NCBI GenBank assembly: GCA_964187785.1
Contig: OZ076409.1
Coordinates: 71,674,001-71,738,000 of the forward strand
DNA from: Amphiscolops sp. MND2022
Taxonomy: Eukaryota
Reading direction: 5' to 3'
Length of the DNA: 64,000 nucleotides
Program-made: the position numbers and the translations under genes
Notes under the pieces: model-generated
Database searches by the model: none
The model's input: the letters and a program-made list of their open reading frames with translations, nothing else
Told to the model about the DNA's origin: nothing
Shown: positions 49,525-63,600 of the stretch, in pieces
Layout of the letters: the number at the start of each line of letters is the position of its first letter
Numbering within the stretch: the stretch's first letter is position 1

Positions 49525-52500
49525 GTGGGCGGGGGTAATTCCCCAACAAAAAAATCGGCCGGCGGGTCGGGTCCTGCCGGCCGTCCAAAATCAAAATCCT
49601 CCTAGTAGAAAACGGCATGTCAAACGAGCTATTTTTTTATTTAACCATTAGAATTTCACCATTTTTTGCATGCGGCCCTGAAATGGCCATACGAGACGAA
49701 GTTCCTGCTGACGTTTTGCGATGTAAATGTTTTATAAAAAGTTATGGCCGATTTGTCATTCACCTAGAAGGGTAAAATGAGGAAAATTTTAACAAAGTCG
49801 CTGATAACTCAAAATGTGTTAATTTTTGGACTTTGACTGTGAAACAAGCTTGGAACCTTCATTTCGTGGCTGTGGCATTGCACTGAACGCAAAAGATGTA
49901 AAGTTTTTACATTTTTTGAAAATTTGACATTTTTGAAATTTCTTTCACTACTATCAGTATCATATATGTCAAAAACACCTCAGAAAAAAAATTTTATTTG
50001 CTTTAACTTGGAAACCTTGGTATCCATGGTTTCTGTCGGAACCTACTCGCAACCAAACAACCAACAGTTTGCATCCAATGTGAAAATAAAAACTTTTTCT
50101 GGGTCATAAGCGTTTCACAAGGATTTCTCAACTTAGTATTAATTTACAAAATGGTCATTTTGAACACAATATTTTCATCGAGGCTTGTCGGCTATAGCCT
50201 TAATGTTCTAGAACGGTCCCACTGGCAACGTAGGAACCATTTATAGTAATAGAAAGTTTAAAAAAATATATTTTCACCCTGTCTTCAGTCATTTTTCAGT
50301 CATTCGGAACTTAACTTAGAAAAATTTCGACCAAAATACCCATTTTTTGACAGATCGAAAATTCAAATTCAACTTTTTAAGCAAAATTATTAACTCTGAC
50401 GTAACCAGTGGGGCTCATGATACTCAAAAACACGATTGGGACTGGTACCAATGGCTCCAATATCATATGAGCCGCGATAAGACGTTATTTTGAGCAATAC
50501 GTCTCAATTGAGGGAAACATCTCGCAAGCCTGGGATCACAGTTAAAAGTGATTTCGTCAAAAATTTACTCTTTTTCGTCTATCACTATGTACACAGAGTG
50601 CGTAGGGTGAGTTTCAGCACTATAATGCGGTTTTTGAAGGAATCGGTCTGCTCAAGGGGTGGTATGAGACATTTTTTTTGCATGTAGTACTATATTTCCT
50701 AAAACTTTTAGCCCATTATCTCGAAAAGCTCACTTCGCAAATTACTTTCAGTTACTCTATTCGAAGCTTAGAATATATATGAACACTGTGGTTGATCAGA
50801 AACTCTTGACTATTTTGTTTTTGGAAAAAAACTGCCTTGCATGTGTTACATTAGTGGCAGGAAAAATACCAGTAGCTCCAAAAATCACAATTTTGGACGG
50901 ACAGACCTGCAATGATGCAAAGCAAAAACGTTTCAACAACTTCTGGCGCCACTTTTTTTACCCAAGAGGTTCGAAATTACTATTAACAATGCTGACATTC
51001 GCTATAAATAAGATCGAGGACAATTTACTAACACTTAGGTTATACATTTATATCTGAGAAACCATTCTTTGTCAGGTCGCAATTTTAAATTTAGTTTGGG
51101 AAGCAATACTTTTCACTCTGAAGCAAACCGTTGGGCCCAAATTACTCAAAAACTACAAAAAGACTGTCACCAAATGCCCTAATAGCATATGAGATTCGAC
51201 CGTATGTTTTTAACACAAAAACTCTCATCCGAAGTAAACATGTTGAAAGCCTTGAATCACCGTGAGAAATGATTTCATCAAAAATATCCCTTTTTCGTCA
51301 ATCTTTATCTACACAGAACACGTTGTGTCATTTTCAGCCGTGAAATGAGCTTCTACCGTAATATGGGTTGCTCAAGGTGTTGTATAAGACAAAAACTTCC
51401 TCTTTTCTACTATCTTCTTCAAATATTTCAACCCTTTGTCACAAGAAGTTAATATTCAAAATCTCTTTGAAATGTTTCTTTAGGTTGGTGTGAAGTGTTA
51501 GAACAATAATTAAGATCGAAGAATGATAGTATTGGTGTTTGGACCATATCCGGATGAACAAATTGCAAAATCATGAAAAATTTCTTACCATTTTTGGTCA
51601 TTTTGTCAGTACTAAAAATGTTAGCTGAAAAAGAATTTTTTTGATGGCACCATTGGATTCCTCTCAAAAAGTTAGCTATATGAACTGTGTAATAACCCCG
51701 TATCTTTTCAATTTAAATAATTTTAAAAAGCAAACTTTTTTGACTAAAATCCTAAAAATCATACCATTTCCTAAAAAATTTCAAATGCCCCCCATTCGAC
51801 GTATAAGAATAGCACAGAAAACTATCACATACCGATCGACTCTACTTCCATTGTAGATTACCAGAATTTTGTTTAGAACAATTTTTGACGGATGCAAAAA
51901 AATTTAAACCCTCCAAAAAAGGGCCAAAATTACACGAAAAAATTGACCTTAAAATTTTAAAATGTCGAAAAATCATCAAAACCACAGCTTCTTGGGGTTC
52001 TATCAACTCCACGTGGTCCACAGAGTATGTTAAAACAAGTTTTACCCGTATTTGAGCAATATGTGAAAAAGCCGACTTTTTTGGGAATGAAAAACATACC
52101 ATTTCCTAAAAAATTTCAAACGCACCCCATTTGACGTATAAGAATAGCACAGAAAACTATCACATACCGATCGACTCTACTTCCATTGTAGGTTACCAGA
52201 ATCTTGTTTAGAACATTTGTTGACGGATGCAAAAAAAAATAAAACCCTCCAAAAATGGGCCAAAATTACACGAAAAAATTGACCTTAAATTTTTAAAATG
52301 TCAAAAAATCATCAAAACCACAGCTTCTTGGGGTTCTATCAACTCCACGTGGTCCACAGAGTATGTTAAAACAAGTTTTACCCGTATTTGAGCAATATGT
52401 GAAAAAGCCGACTTTTTTGGGAATGAAAAACATACCATTTCCTAAAAAATTTCAAACGCACCCCATTTGACGTATAAGAATAGCACAGAAAACTATCACA

Positions 52501-54605
52501 TACCGATCGACTCTACTTCCATTGTAGGTTACCAGAATCTTGTTTAGAACATTTGTTGACGGATGCAAAAAAAAATAAAACCCTCCAAAAATGGGCCAAA
52601 ATTACACGAAAAAATTGACCTTAAATTTTTAAAATGTCAAAAAATCATCAAAACCACAGCTTCTTGGGGTTCTATCAACTCCACGTGGTCCACAGAGTAT
52701 GCTAAAACAGGTTTTACCTGTTTCTGAGCTATATGTGAAAAAACCGACATTTTGGGGAAGAAAAACATACCATTTCCTAAAAAATTTCAAATGCACGCCA
52801 TTTGCCGTATGAGAATAGCACAGAAAACTATCACATACCGATCAACTCTACTTCTATTGTAGATTATCAGATTTTTGTTTAGAACAAATTTTTATGGATA
52901 TAAAAAATTTTTAAACCCTCCAAAAATGAGCCAAAATAACACGAAAAAATGGACCCTAAATTTTTAAAATGTCAAAAAATTATCCAAACCACAGCTTCTT
53001 GGGGTTCTATCAGCTCCACGTGGTCCACAGAGTATGCTAAAACAGGTTTTGCCCGTTTTTGAGCAGTATATGAAAAAGCCGACATTTTTGGGGAAGAAAA
53101 ACATACCATTTCCTAAATAATTTCAAATGCAGGCAATTTGCCGTATGAGAGTAGCACAGAAAACTATCACACACCGATCAACTCTACTTCTTTTGTAGAT
53201 TATCAGAATTATGTTTAGAGTAAAGTTTTATGGATATGAAAAATTTTTATACCCTCCAAAAATGGGCCAAAATGACACGAAAAAATTGACCTCAAATTTT
53301 TAAAATGTCAAAAAATTATCCAAACCACAGCGTCTTGGCGTTCTATCAACTCCAAATGACCTTCAGAGTATACCAAACCAGGTATTGCCAATCTTTTGAG
53401 CAATATTTAAAAACACCGACTATTTGGCAAGAACACCATAATATGTTCCATATAAGAAGTGAATCATTCCACATATATACCCGGTCTAATATTTTCAAAT
53501 TAGCGATAACATTAATACATGATGTTTTTTGAAAGTGAGCTTCATAAGAGGTTGAGATGTAATAATACGTAAATGGACCCTAAGTTTCATTGAAATCTCA
53601 ATGGAATACGTCCAATCAACTTCAATCCTAACTATTATATAACAAGAAACACTTGAGTACATTCCATCTCCCCATCGGGGGAGATGAGAATGTACTTTTC
53701 AAAAGCCAAAATTTTCGAATTTTAAATCTTTTGTAACATTGTATGTAACTGTTGAAACGATGAACGAATAAAAATGCTTCTAGTACCTTCATCAATTTTT
53801 GCTTCAGCTCCTATTTCTGCAGAACAAAACCAAAAGACACACTTACAGCAGTTAAGTTCGATTGTATAACTCAGTGAATAAAGGTATGACTGAGGAAGTT
53901 CACAAGTTGTTTCAAAAGTTTCCGGCCTTCCAAAATCATGAAACGTCCACACAACCAAGATAGCAAGTGAAAGAATGCTGAATGCACCTTATTAGATGAG
54001 ATAAATAACGTGTGGAACTTGCCATTATCTTAAGATGACGTTGATTTATGATCTTTTAAGGATAGTTCGATATGTGACCACAATAGTGGAAAACTTATTA
54101 CTATTTGAAGAACACCGTGGAAAGCGTTCAGAAAGGACAGTATATTTGTTTCGAGCATGCATGCGTGTGTTCCTTTGGTGACGTTAGCTTAGTGTACATG
54201 ACGGAGGTATTCGAGAGATTATGATAGAGTTTACTCACAAGTCTTTGTTTTTTAAAACTTTCTATGCCGTTGAGTACATTCGTAAGGTACATCCATCCCC
54301 TTCTCTGGGAATGTACGTTTGCCAAATGACTGTCATCCAAAATTCGTAATCCGGACGAGTTTAACTACATAAACATGTGATGAGCGTTTTCTATTCAAAA
54401 CCGAATAACTTTTTTTTTCTCGAAAATGATGATGGTTTTGATTTTGATGTCTTCTACTTTTATCATCATGCAAACGACCTTACCATGTCTCTCTTCTGTC
54501 GTCATTTGTACAACGCCACATAGCGTTCCGACGCCCACCGTCTGTGGGCATGCCGAGGCATGCCCTTCGACGACGTATGCCAAATGAGCCATACCCGCAC
54601 TCTGG
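49525..54605 (+). mobile_element. Class E unit (5081 bp), one extra subrepeat, 3'-truncated
   Basis: Matches 36032-40793 plus one additional ~338-bp subrepeat, and lacks the last 17 nt including CTAG. Confidence 0.7.
51754..53353 (+). repeat. Internal ~338-bp tandem subrepeat, about 4.7 copies (class E)
   Basis: One extra, nearly identical copy (starts near 52025 and 52361) relative to 38261-39523. Confidence 0.9.
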
Positions 54606-57600
54606 GTGGGCGGGGGTAATTCCCCAACAAAAAAATCGGCCGGCGGGTCGGGTCCTGCCGGCCGTCCAAAATCAAAATCCTCCTAGTAGAAAACGGCATG
54701 TCAAACGAGCTATTTTTTTATTTAACCATTAGAATTTCACCATTTTTTGCATGCGGCCCTGAAATGGCCATACGAGACGAAGTTCCTGCTGACGTTTTGC
54801 GATGTAAATGTTTTATAAAAAGTTATGGCCGATTTGTCATTCACCTAGAAGGGTAAAATGAGGAAAATTTTAACAAAGTCGCTGATAACTCAAAATGTGT
54901 TAATTTTTGGACTTTGACTGTGAAACAAGCTTGGAACCTTCATTTCGTGGCTGTGGCATTGCACTGAACGCAAAAGATGTAAAGTTTTTACATTTTTTGA
55001 AAATTTGACATTTTTGAAATTTCTTTCACTACTATCAGTATCATATATGTCAAAAACACCTCAGAAAAAAAATTTTATTTGCTTTAACTTGGAAACCTTG
55101 GTATCCATGGTTTCTGTCGGAACCTACTCGCAACCAAACACCCAACAGTTTGCATCCAGTGTGAATTTAAAAATTTTTTCGAGGTCTTAGGTGTTTCACA
55201 AGGATTTCTCAACTTAGTATCAAATTACAAATTGGTCATTTTAAACACATTATTTTCATCGAAGCGTGTCAGATACCGCCCTAATGCTCACGAACGGGCC
55301 TACTGGCAACGTTGGAACAATTTATCGTGATAGAAAGTTTTAAAAAAATTTTTTCACCCGGTCTTCAGTCATTTTTCACACATTCGGAACTTAACTTAGA
55401 AAAATTTCAACCGAAAAACCCATTTTTTGTCAGGTCGAAAATTCAAAGTCAGCTTTTTAAGCAAAATTATCAACTCTGACGTAAACAGTGGGGCCCATGA
55501 TACTCAAAACAACGATTGGGGTTGGTACCAATGGCTCCAATAACATATGAGTCGCGATAAGACGTTATTTTGAGCAATATGTCTCAATTGAGTTAAAGAT
55601 CTCGCCAACCAGTGATCACTGTGAAATGTAAATTCATTAAAAATTTACTCATTTTCGTCTATCACCATGTGCACAGAGTGCGTAGGGTGAGTTCCAGCAC
55701 TATAATGAGGTTTTTGAAGGCATCGGGTTGCTCAAGGGGTGGTATGAGACATTTTTTTCCTATATACTACTGTGTTTTCCAAAACTTTTAGCCCATTATC
55801 AGGAAAAAATAATTTGACAAAATACTTTCAACTACTTTATTCAAAGGTTACAATATAGATGAACACTGTGGTTGATCAGAAACTTTCATCTCTTTCGTTT
55901 TCCGAAATAATTCCCTTCGAATGTGTTACATTTGTAGCCGGAAAAAAAACCGAAACTAAAAAATACGCGATTTTGCTGAGATAGAACCGGGATAATTGTG
56001 TCTAAATACTCTTTAAATACTTCTAACGCGACCTTACGGACCCAAAAGGATTAAAAATGCCACTCACAATGCTGACATGTGCTCTTTCGACGATCCTGGC
56101 TGGACAAGTTTTGCAAATTTTTCAAGTACCTGTTAACTGAATTTTGTGATAGCCTTTTAAGTTGGCCTTGTGTCAACTTGGGAAGGCTATCACATCAAAA
56201 AACTTTCAACAAAAATACTTTTTGTTTATTGTATATTGCTGTCGATACCTTTTTTTGTGATTCTATACTACCGTTAGTATATTCCATCAGGTCACCAGAC
56301 GATTGTATTCAGTATTTGATAAAAACTTATGAACTCGAAGTCTTTTTCATATGTTTTTTGTTCAAAAAAATTATCAAAAAAAATTATATTATAAACAATT
56401 GAGTCTTTAATTTTTTTATTTCCCAATTTTCCAGTGTTATTAGGCTCATCAACTTCCTACTGCCACATCCAGACATTAGTACAACGCCACAAAGTGTTGC
56501 GACGTCCACCGTCTGTGGGCATGCCGAGGCATGCCCTTCGACGACGTATGCCAAAAATAGCGCCCTCCGCGGTCACTACCGCGGTAGCAGCTAGGTGGGC
56601 GGGGGTAATTCCCCAACAAAAATTACGGCCGGCGGGTTGGGTCCTGCCGGACGTCAAATAGCAAAGAATATCTAGTAGGAAACGGCGACACAGAATCGCG
56701 ATTTTTAAATCTAACCACAATTTTTTGGACTTGGAGTGCATGCGGCCCTAAAATGCCCATACGAATCGAAGTTCCTGCTGACGTTAAGCGATTGAAATAA
56801 TATATAAAAAGTTATGGCCCATTTTTCACTCACAAAGAAGGGTAAAATGAGGAAATTTTTAACAAAGTCGCTGATAACTCAAAATGTGTTAATTTTTGGA
56901 CATTGACTGTGAAACAAGCTTGGAACCTTCATTCCGTGGCTGTGGCATTGCACTGAACACAAAAGATGTAAAGTTTTTAGATTTTTTGAAAATTCGAAAT
57001 TTTTGAAATTTTTTTCACTACTATCAGTACCCCATATGTCAAAAACGCCTCAGAAAAATTTTTTTATTTTCTTTAAATTGGAAACCTTGGTATCCATGGT
57101 TTCTGTTGGATCCTACTCGCAGTCAAACACCCAACAGTTTGCATCCAATGTGGAAATAAAATTTTTTTCGGGGTCATAAGCGTTTCACAAAGATTTCTCA
57201 ACTTAGTTTCAATTTACAAATTGGTCACATTGAACACATTATTTTCATCGAAGCGCGTCAGATACCGCCCTAAAGCTCACGAACGGTCCTACTGGCAACG
57301 TAGCAACCATTTATAGTAATATAAAAGATTAAAAAATTTTTTTCACCCGGTCTTCAGTCATTTTTCAGTCATTCGGAACTTAACTTAGAAAAATTTCGAC
57401 CAAAATACCCATTTTTTGTCAGGTCGAAAAATCAAATTCAGATTTTTAAGCAAAATTATTAACTCTGACGTAACTCATGGGGCCCATGATACTCAAAACA
57501 ACGATTGACACTGGTATCAATGGCTCCAATAACATATGAGTCGCGATCGGACGTTATTTTGAGCAATACGTCTCAATTGAGGTAAAGATCTCGCAAGCCA

Positions 57601-60600
57601 GCGATCACTGTCAAATGTGATTTCATCAAAAATTTGTTCATTTTTGTCAATCATTATGTGCACAGAATGCGTAGGGTGCGTTTCAGCACTATAATGAGGT
57701 TTTTGAATGCATCGAGTTGCTCAAGGGGTGGTACGAGACATTTTTGTTCATATACTACTGTATTTTCCAAAATTTTTAGCCCAATATCTGGAAATACAAA
57801 CTTGACAAAATACTTTCAACTACTTTTTTCAAAGGTTACAATATAGATGAACACTGTGGTTGATCAGAAACTTTCATCTCTTTCGTTTTCCGAAATATTT
57901 TCCTTCGCATGTGTTATATTTGTATCAGAAAAAAAATCGAAACTGAAAAATACGCTATTTTGCTAATATAGAATCGCAATGATTGTGCCTAAAAACTCTT
58001 TAAACACTTCTAACGCGACCTTACGCACCCAAAATGATCGAAAATGCTATTCACAATGGTGACATGTGCTCTTTCAACGATCCTGGCTGGACAAGGTTTG
58101 CATTTTTTTCAAGTACCTGTCAGCTGAATCTTGTGATAGCCTTTTAAGTTGGCCTTGTGTCAACTTGGGAAGGCTATCACATCAAACAACCATCAACAAA
58201 AATAATTTTTGTTTATTGGATATTACAGTTGATACCTTATTTCGTGATTCTATACTACCGTTAGTATTTTCCATGAGGTCACCTGACGATTGCATTCAGT
58301 CTTTGATAAATACCTATGAACTCGAAGTCATATTTATAAATTTTGTGCTAAAAATAAACATCAAAATTATCCAAATAATTTAAAATTGAGTCTTTACCGT
58401 TTTTGTTTTTCTTTTTCTACTGTTATTAGGCCCATCAACTTCCTACAGCCACGCTCTCTGTCATTAGTACAACGCCACATAGTGTTGCGACGTCCACCGT
58501 CTGTGGGCATGCCGAGGCATGCCCTTCGACGACGTATGCCAAAAATAGCGCCCTCCGCGGTCACTACCGCGGTAGCAACTAGGTGGGCGGGGGTAATTCC
58601 CCAACAAAAAAATCGGCCGGCGGGTCGGGTCCTGCCGGCCGTCCAAAATCAAAATCCTCCTAGTAGAAAACGGCATGTCAAACGAGCTATTTTTTTATTT
58701 AACCATACGAATTTCACCATTTTTTGCATGCGGCCCTGAAATGGCCATACGAGACGAAGTTCCTGCTGACGTTTTGCGATGTAAATGTTTTATAAAAAGT
58801 TATGGCCGATTTGTCATTCACCTAGAAGGGTAAAATGAGGAAAATTTTAACAAAGTCGCTGATAACTCAAAATGTGTTAATTTTTGGACTTTGACTGTGA
58901 AACAAGCTTGGAACCTTCATTTCGTGGCTGGGGCATTGGACTGAACACAAAAGATGTAAAGTTTTTACGTTTTTTGAAAATTCGACATTTTTGAAATTTT
59001 TTTCACTACTATCAGTACCCCATATGTCAAAAACACCTCAGAAAAAAATTTTTATTTGCTTTAAATGGGAAACCTTGGTATCCATGGTTTCTGTCGGAAC
59101 CTACTCGCAGCCAAACACCCAACAGTTTGCATCCAATGTGAAAATAAAAATTTTTTCGGGGTCATAAGCGTTTCACAAGGATTTCTCAACTTAGTATTAA
59201 TTTACAAAATGGTCATTTTGAACATAATATTTTCATCGAGGCTTGTCGGCTATAGCCTTAATGTTCTAGAACGGTCCCACTGGCAACGTAGCAACCATTT
59301 ATAGTAATATAAAAGGTTAAAAAATTTTTTTCACCCGGTCTTCAGTCATTTTTCAGACATTCGGAACATAACTTAGAAAATTTTCGACCCAAATACCCAT
59401 TTTTTGTCAGGTCGAAAATTAAAAATCAGCTATTGAAGCGAAATTATTTACTCTGACGTAACCAGTGGGGCCCATGATACTCAAAAACACCATTGGCACT
59501 GGTACCAATGGCTCCAATAACATATGAGTCGCGATAAGACGTTATTTTGAGCAATACGTCTTAATTGAGGTAAAGATCTCGCAAGCCAGCGATCACTGTG
59601 AAATGTGATTTCATCAAAATTTTACTCATTTTTGTCAATAACTATGTGCACAGAGTGTGTAGGGTGAGTTCCAGCACTATAATGAGGTTTTTGAAGGCAT
59701 CGGGTTGCTCAAGGGGTGGTATGAGACATTTTTTTCCTATATACTACTGTGTTTTCCAAAACTTTTAGCCCATTATCAGGAAAAAATAATTTGACAAAAT
59801 ACTTTCAACTACTTTATTCAAAGGTTACAATATAGATGAACACTGTGGTTGATCAGAAACTTTCATCTCTTTCGTTTTCCGAAATAATTCCCTTCGAATG
59901 TGTTACATTTATAGCCGGAAAAAAACCGAAACTAAAAAGTACGCGATTTTGCTGAGATAGAACCGAGATAATTGTGTCTAAATACTCTTTAAATACTTCT
60001 AACGCGACCTTACGGACCCAAAAGGATTAAAAATGCCACTCACAATGCTGACATGTGCTCTTTCGACGATCCTGGCTGGACAAGTTTTGCAAATTTTTCA
60101 AGTACCTGTTAACTGAATTTTGTGATAGCCTTTTAAGTTGGCCTTGTGTCAACTTGGGAAGGCTATCACATCAAAAAACTTTCAACAAAAATACTTTTTG
60201 TTTATTGGATATTGCGGTCGATACCTTTTTTTGTGATTCTATACTACCGTTAGTATATTCCATCAGGTCACCAGACGATTGTATTCAGTATTTGATAAAA
60301 ACTTATGAACTCGAAGTCTTTTTCATATGTTTCTTGTTCAATAAAATTATCTAAAAAATTTATATTATAAACAATTGAGTCTTTAACTTTTTTATTTCCC
60401 AATTTTCCAGTGTTATTAGGCTCATCAACTTCCTACTGCCACATCCAGACATTAGTACAACGCCACAAAGTGTTGCGACGTCCACCGTCTGTGGGCATGC
60501 CGAGGCATGCCCTTCGACGACGTATGCCAAAAATAGCGCCCTCCGCGGTCACTACCGCGGTAGCAGCTAGGTGGGCGGGGGTAATTCCCCAACAAAAATT

Positions 60601-63600
60601 ACGGCCGGCGGGTTGGGTCCTGCCGGACGTCAAATAGCAAAGAATATCTAGTAGGAAACGGCGACACAGAATCGCGATTTTTAAATCTAACCACAATTTT
60701 TTGGACTTGGAGTGCATGCGGCCCTAAAATGCCCATACGAATCGAAGTTCCTGCTGACGTTAAGCGATTGAAATAATATATAAAAAGTTATGGCCCATTT
60801 TTCACTCACAAAGAAGGGTAAAATGAGGAAATTTTTAACAAAGTCGCTGATAACTCAAAATGTGTTAATTTTTGGACATTGACTGTGAAACAAGCTTGGA
60901 ACCTTCATTTCGTGGCTGTGGCATTGCACTGAACACAAAAGATGTAAAGTTTTTAGATTTTTTGAAAATTCGAAATTTTTGAAATTTTTTTCACTACTAT
61001 CAGTACCCCATATGTCAAAAACGCCTCAGAAAAATTTTTTTATTTGCTTTAAATTGGAAACCTTGGTATCCATGGTTTCTGTCGCATCCTACTCGCAGTC
61101 AAACACCCAACAGTTTGCATCCAATGTGGAAATAAAAATTTTTTCGGGGTCATAAGCGTTTCACAAGGATTTCTCAACTTAATTTCAAGTTACAAATTGG
61201 TCACATTGAACACATTATTTTCATCGAAGCGCGTCAGATACCGCCCTAAAGCTCACGAACGGTCCTACTGGCAACGTAGCAACCATTTATAGAAATGTAA
61301 AGTTATAAAAAAAATTTTTCACCCGGTCTTCAGTCATTTTTCAGTCATTCGGAACTTAACTTAGAAAAATTTCGACCAAAATATCCATTTTTTGTCAGGT
61401 CGAAAAATCAAATTCAGATTTTTAAGCAAAATTATTAACTCTGACGTAACCCATGGGGCCCATGATACTCAAAACAACGATTGACACTGGTATCAATGGC
61501 TCCAATAACATATGAGTCGCGATAAGACGTTATTTTGAGCATTACGTCTCAATTGAGGTAAAGATCTCGCAAGCCAGCGATCACTGTGAAATGTAATTTC
61601 ATCAAAAATTTACTCATTTTTGTCAATCATTATGTGCACAGAATGCGTAGGGTGCGTTTCAGCACTATAATGAGGTTTTTGAATGCATCGAGTTGCTCAA
61701 GGGGTGGTACGAGACATTTTTGTCCCATGTACTACTGTATTTTCCAAAATTTTTAGCCCAATATCTGGAAATACAAACTTGACAAAATACTTTCAACTAC
61801 TTTATTCAAAGGTTACAATATAGATGAACACTGTGGTTGATCAGAAACTTTCATCTCTTTCGTTTTCCGAAATATTTTCCTTCGCATGTGTTATATTTGT
61901 ATCAGAAAAAAAATCGAAACTGAAAAATACGCTATTTTGCTAATATAGAATCGCAATGATTGTGCCTAAAAACTCTTTAAACACTTCTAACGCGACCTTA
62001 CGCACCCAATATGATCGAAAATGCTATTCACAATGGTGACATGTGCTCTTTCAACGATCCTGGCTGGACAAGGTTTGCATATTTTTCAAGTACCTGTCAG
62101 CTGAATCTTGTGATAGCCTTTTAAGTTGGCCTTGTGTCAACTTGGGAAGGCTATCACATCAAACAACCATCAACAAAAATAATTTTTGTTTATTGGATAT
62201 TACAGTTGATACCTTATTTCGTGATTCTATACTACCGTTAGTATATTCCATGAGGTCACCTTACGATTGCATTCAGACTTTGATGAAAACCTATGAACTC
62301 AAAGTCACATTTATATATTTTTTGCCCAAAAAAATCATCAAAAACATCTAATATATATAAAATTGAGTCTTTAACTTTTTTACGTTTCAAGTTTCTGCCG
62401 TTATTAAGCCAATCAACTTCCTACAGCCACGCTCTCTGTCATACTGTACAACGCCACATAGTGTTGCGACGTGCACGGTCTGTGGGCATGCCGAGGCATG
62501 CCCTTCGACGACGTATGCCGAATACCGCGGGCCTACGCCCGCGCTCCCCGGCTAGGTGGGCGGGGGTAATTCCCCAACAAAAATTACGGCCGGCGGGTTG
62601 GGTCCTGCCGGACGTCAAATAGCAAAGAATATCTAGTAGGAAACGGCGACACAGAATCGCGATTTTTAAATCTAACCACAATTTTTTGGACTTGGAGTGC
62701 ATGCGGCCCTGAAATGCTCATACGAATCGAAGTTCCTGCTGACGTTAAGCGATTGAAATAATATATAAAAAGTTATGGCCCATTTTCCACTCACATAGAA
62801 GGGTAAAATGAGGAAATTTTTAACAAAGTCGCTGATAACTCAAAATGTGTTAATTTTTGGACATTGACTGTGAAACAAACTTGGAACCTTCATTTCGTGG
62901 CTGTGACATTGCACTGAACAGAAAAGATGTAGAGTTTTTACATTTTTTGAAAATTCGACATTTTTGAAATTTTTTTCACTACTATCAGTACACCATATGT
63001 CAAAAACGCCTCAGAAAAAAATTTTTCTTTGCTTTAAATTGGAAACTTTGGTATCCATGGTTTCTGTCGGAACCTACTCGCAGCCAAACACCCAACAGTT
63101 TGCATCCAATGTGAAAATAAAAATTTTTTCTGGGTCATAAGCGTTTCACAAGGATTTCTCAACTTAGTATTAATTTACAAAATAGTCAATTTGAACACAA
63201 TATTTTCATCGAGGCTTGTCGGCTATAGCCCTAATGTTCTAGAACGGTCCCAATGGCAACGTAGGAACCATTTATAGTAATAGAAAGTTAAAAAAAATAT
63301 TTTCACCCGGTCTTCAGTCATTTTTCAGTCATTCGGAACTTAACTTAGAAAAATTTCGACCAAAATACCCATTTTTTGTCAGGTCGAAAAATCAAATTCA
63401 GATTTTTAAGCAAAATTATTAACTCTGACGTGACTCATGGGGCCCATGATACTCAAAACAACGATTGACACTGGTATCAATGGCTCCAATAACATATGAG
63501 TCGCGATCGGACGTTATTTTGAGCAATATGTCTCAATTGAGGTAAAGATCTCGCAAGCCAGCGATCACTGTCAAATGTGATTTCATCAAAATTTTACTCA

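Noticed and set aside
1253..62555. CRISPR array (palindromic repeat with variable sequence)
   Set aside because: The intervening sequences are 1.2-5 kb and mutually homologous, and there are no cas genes.
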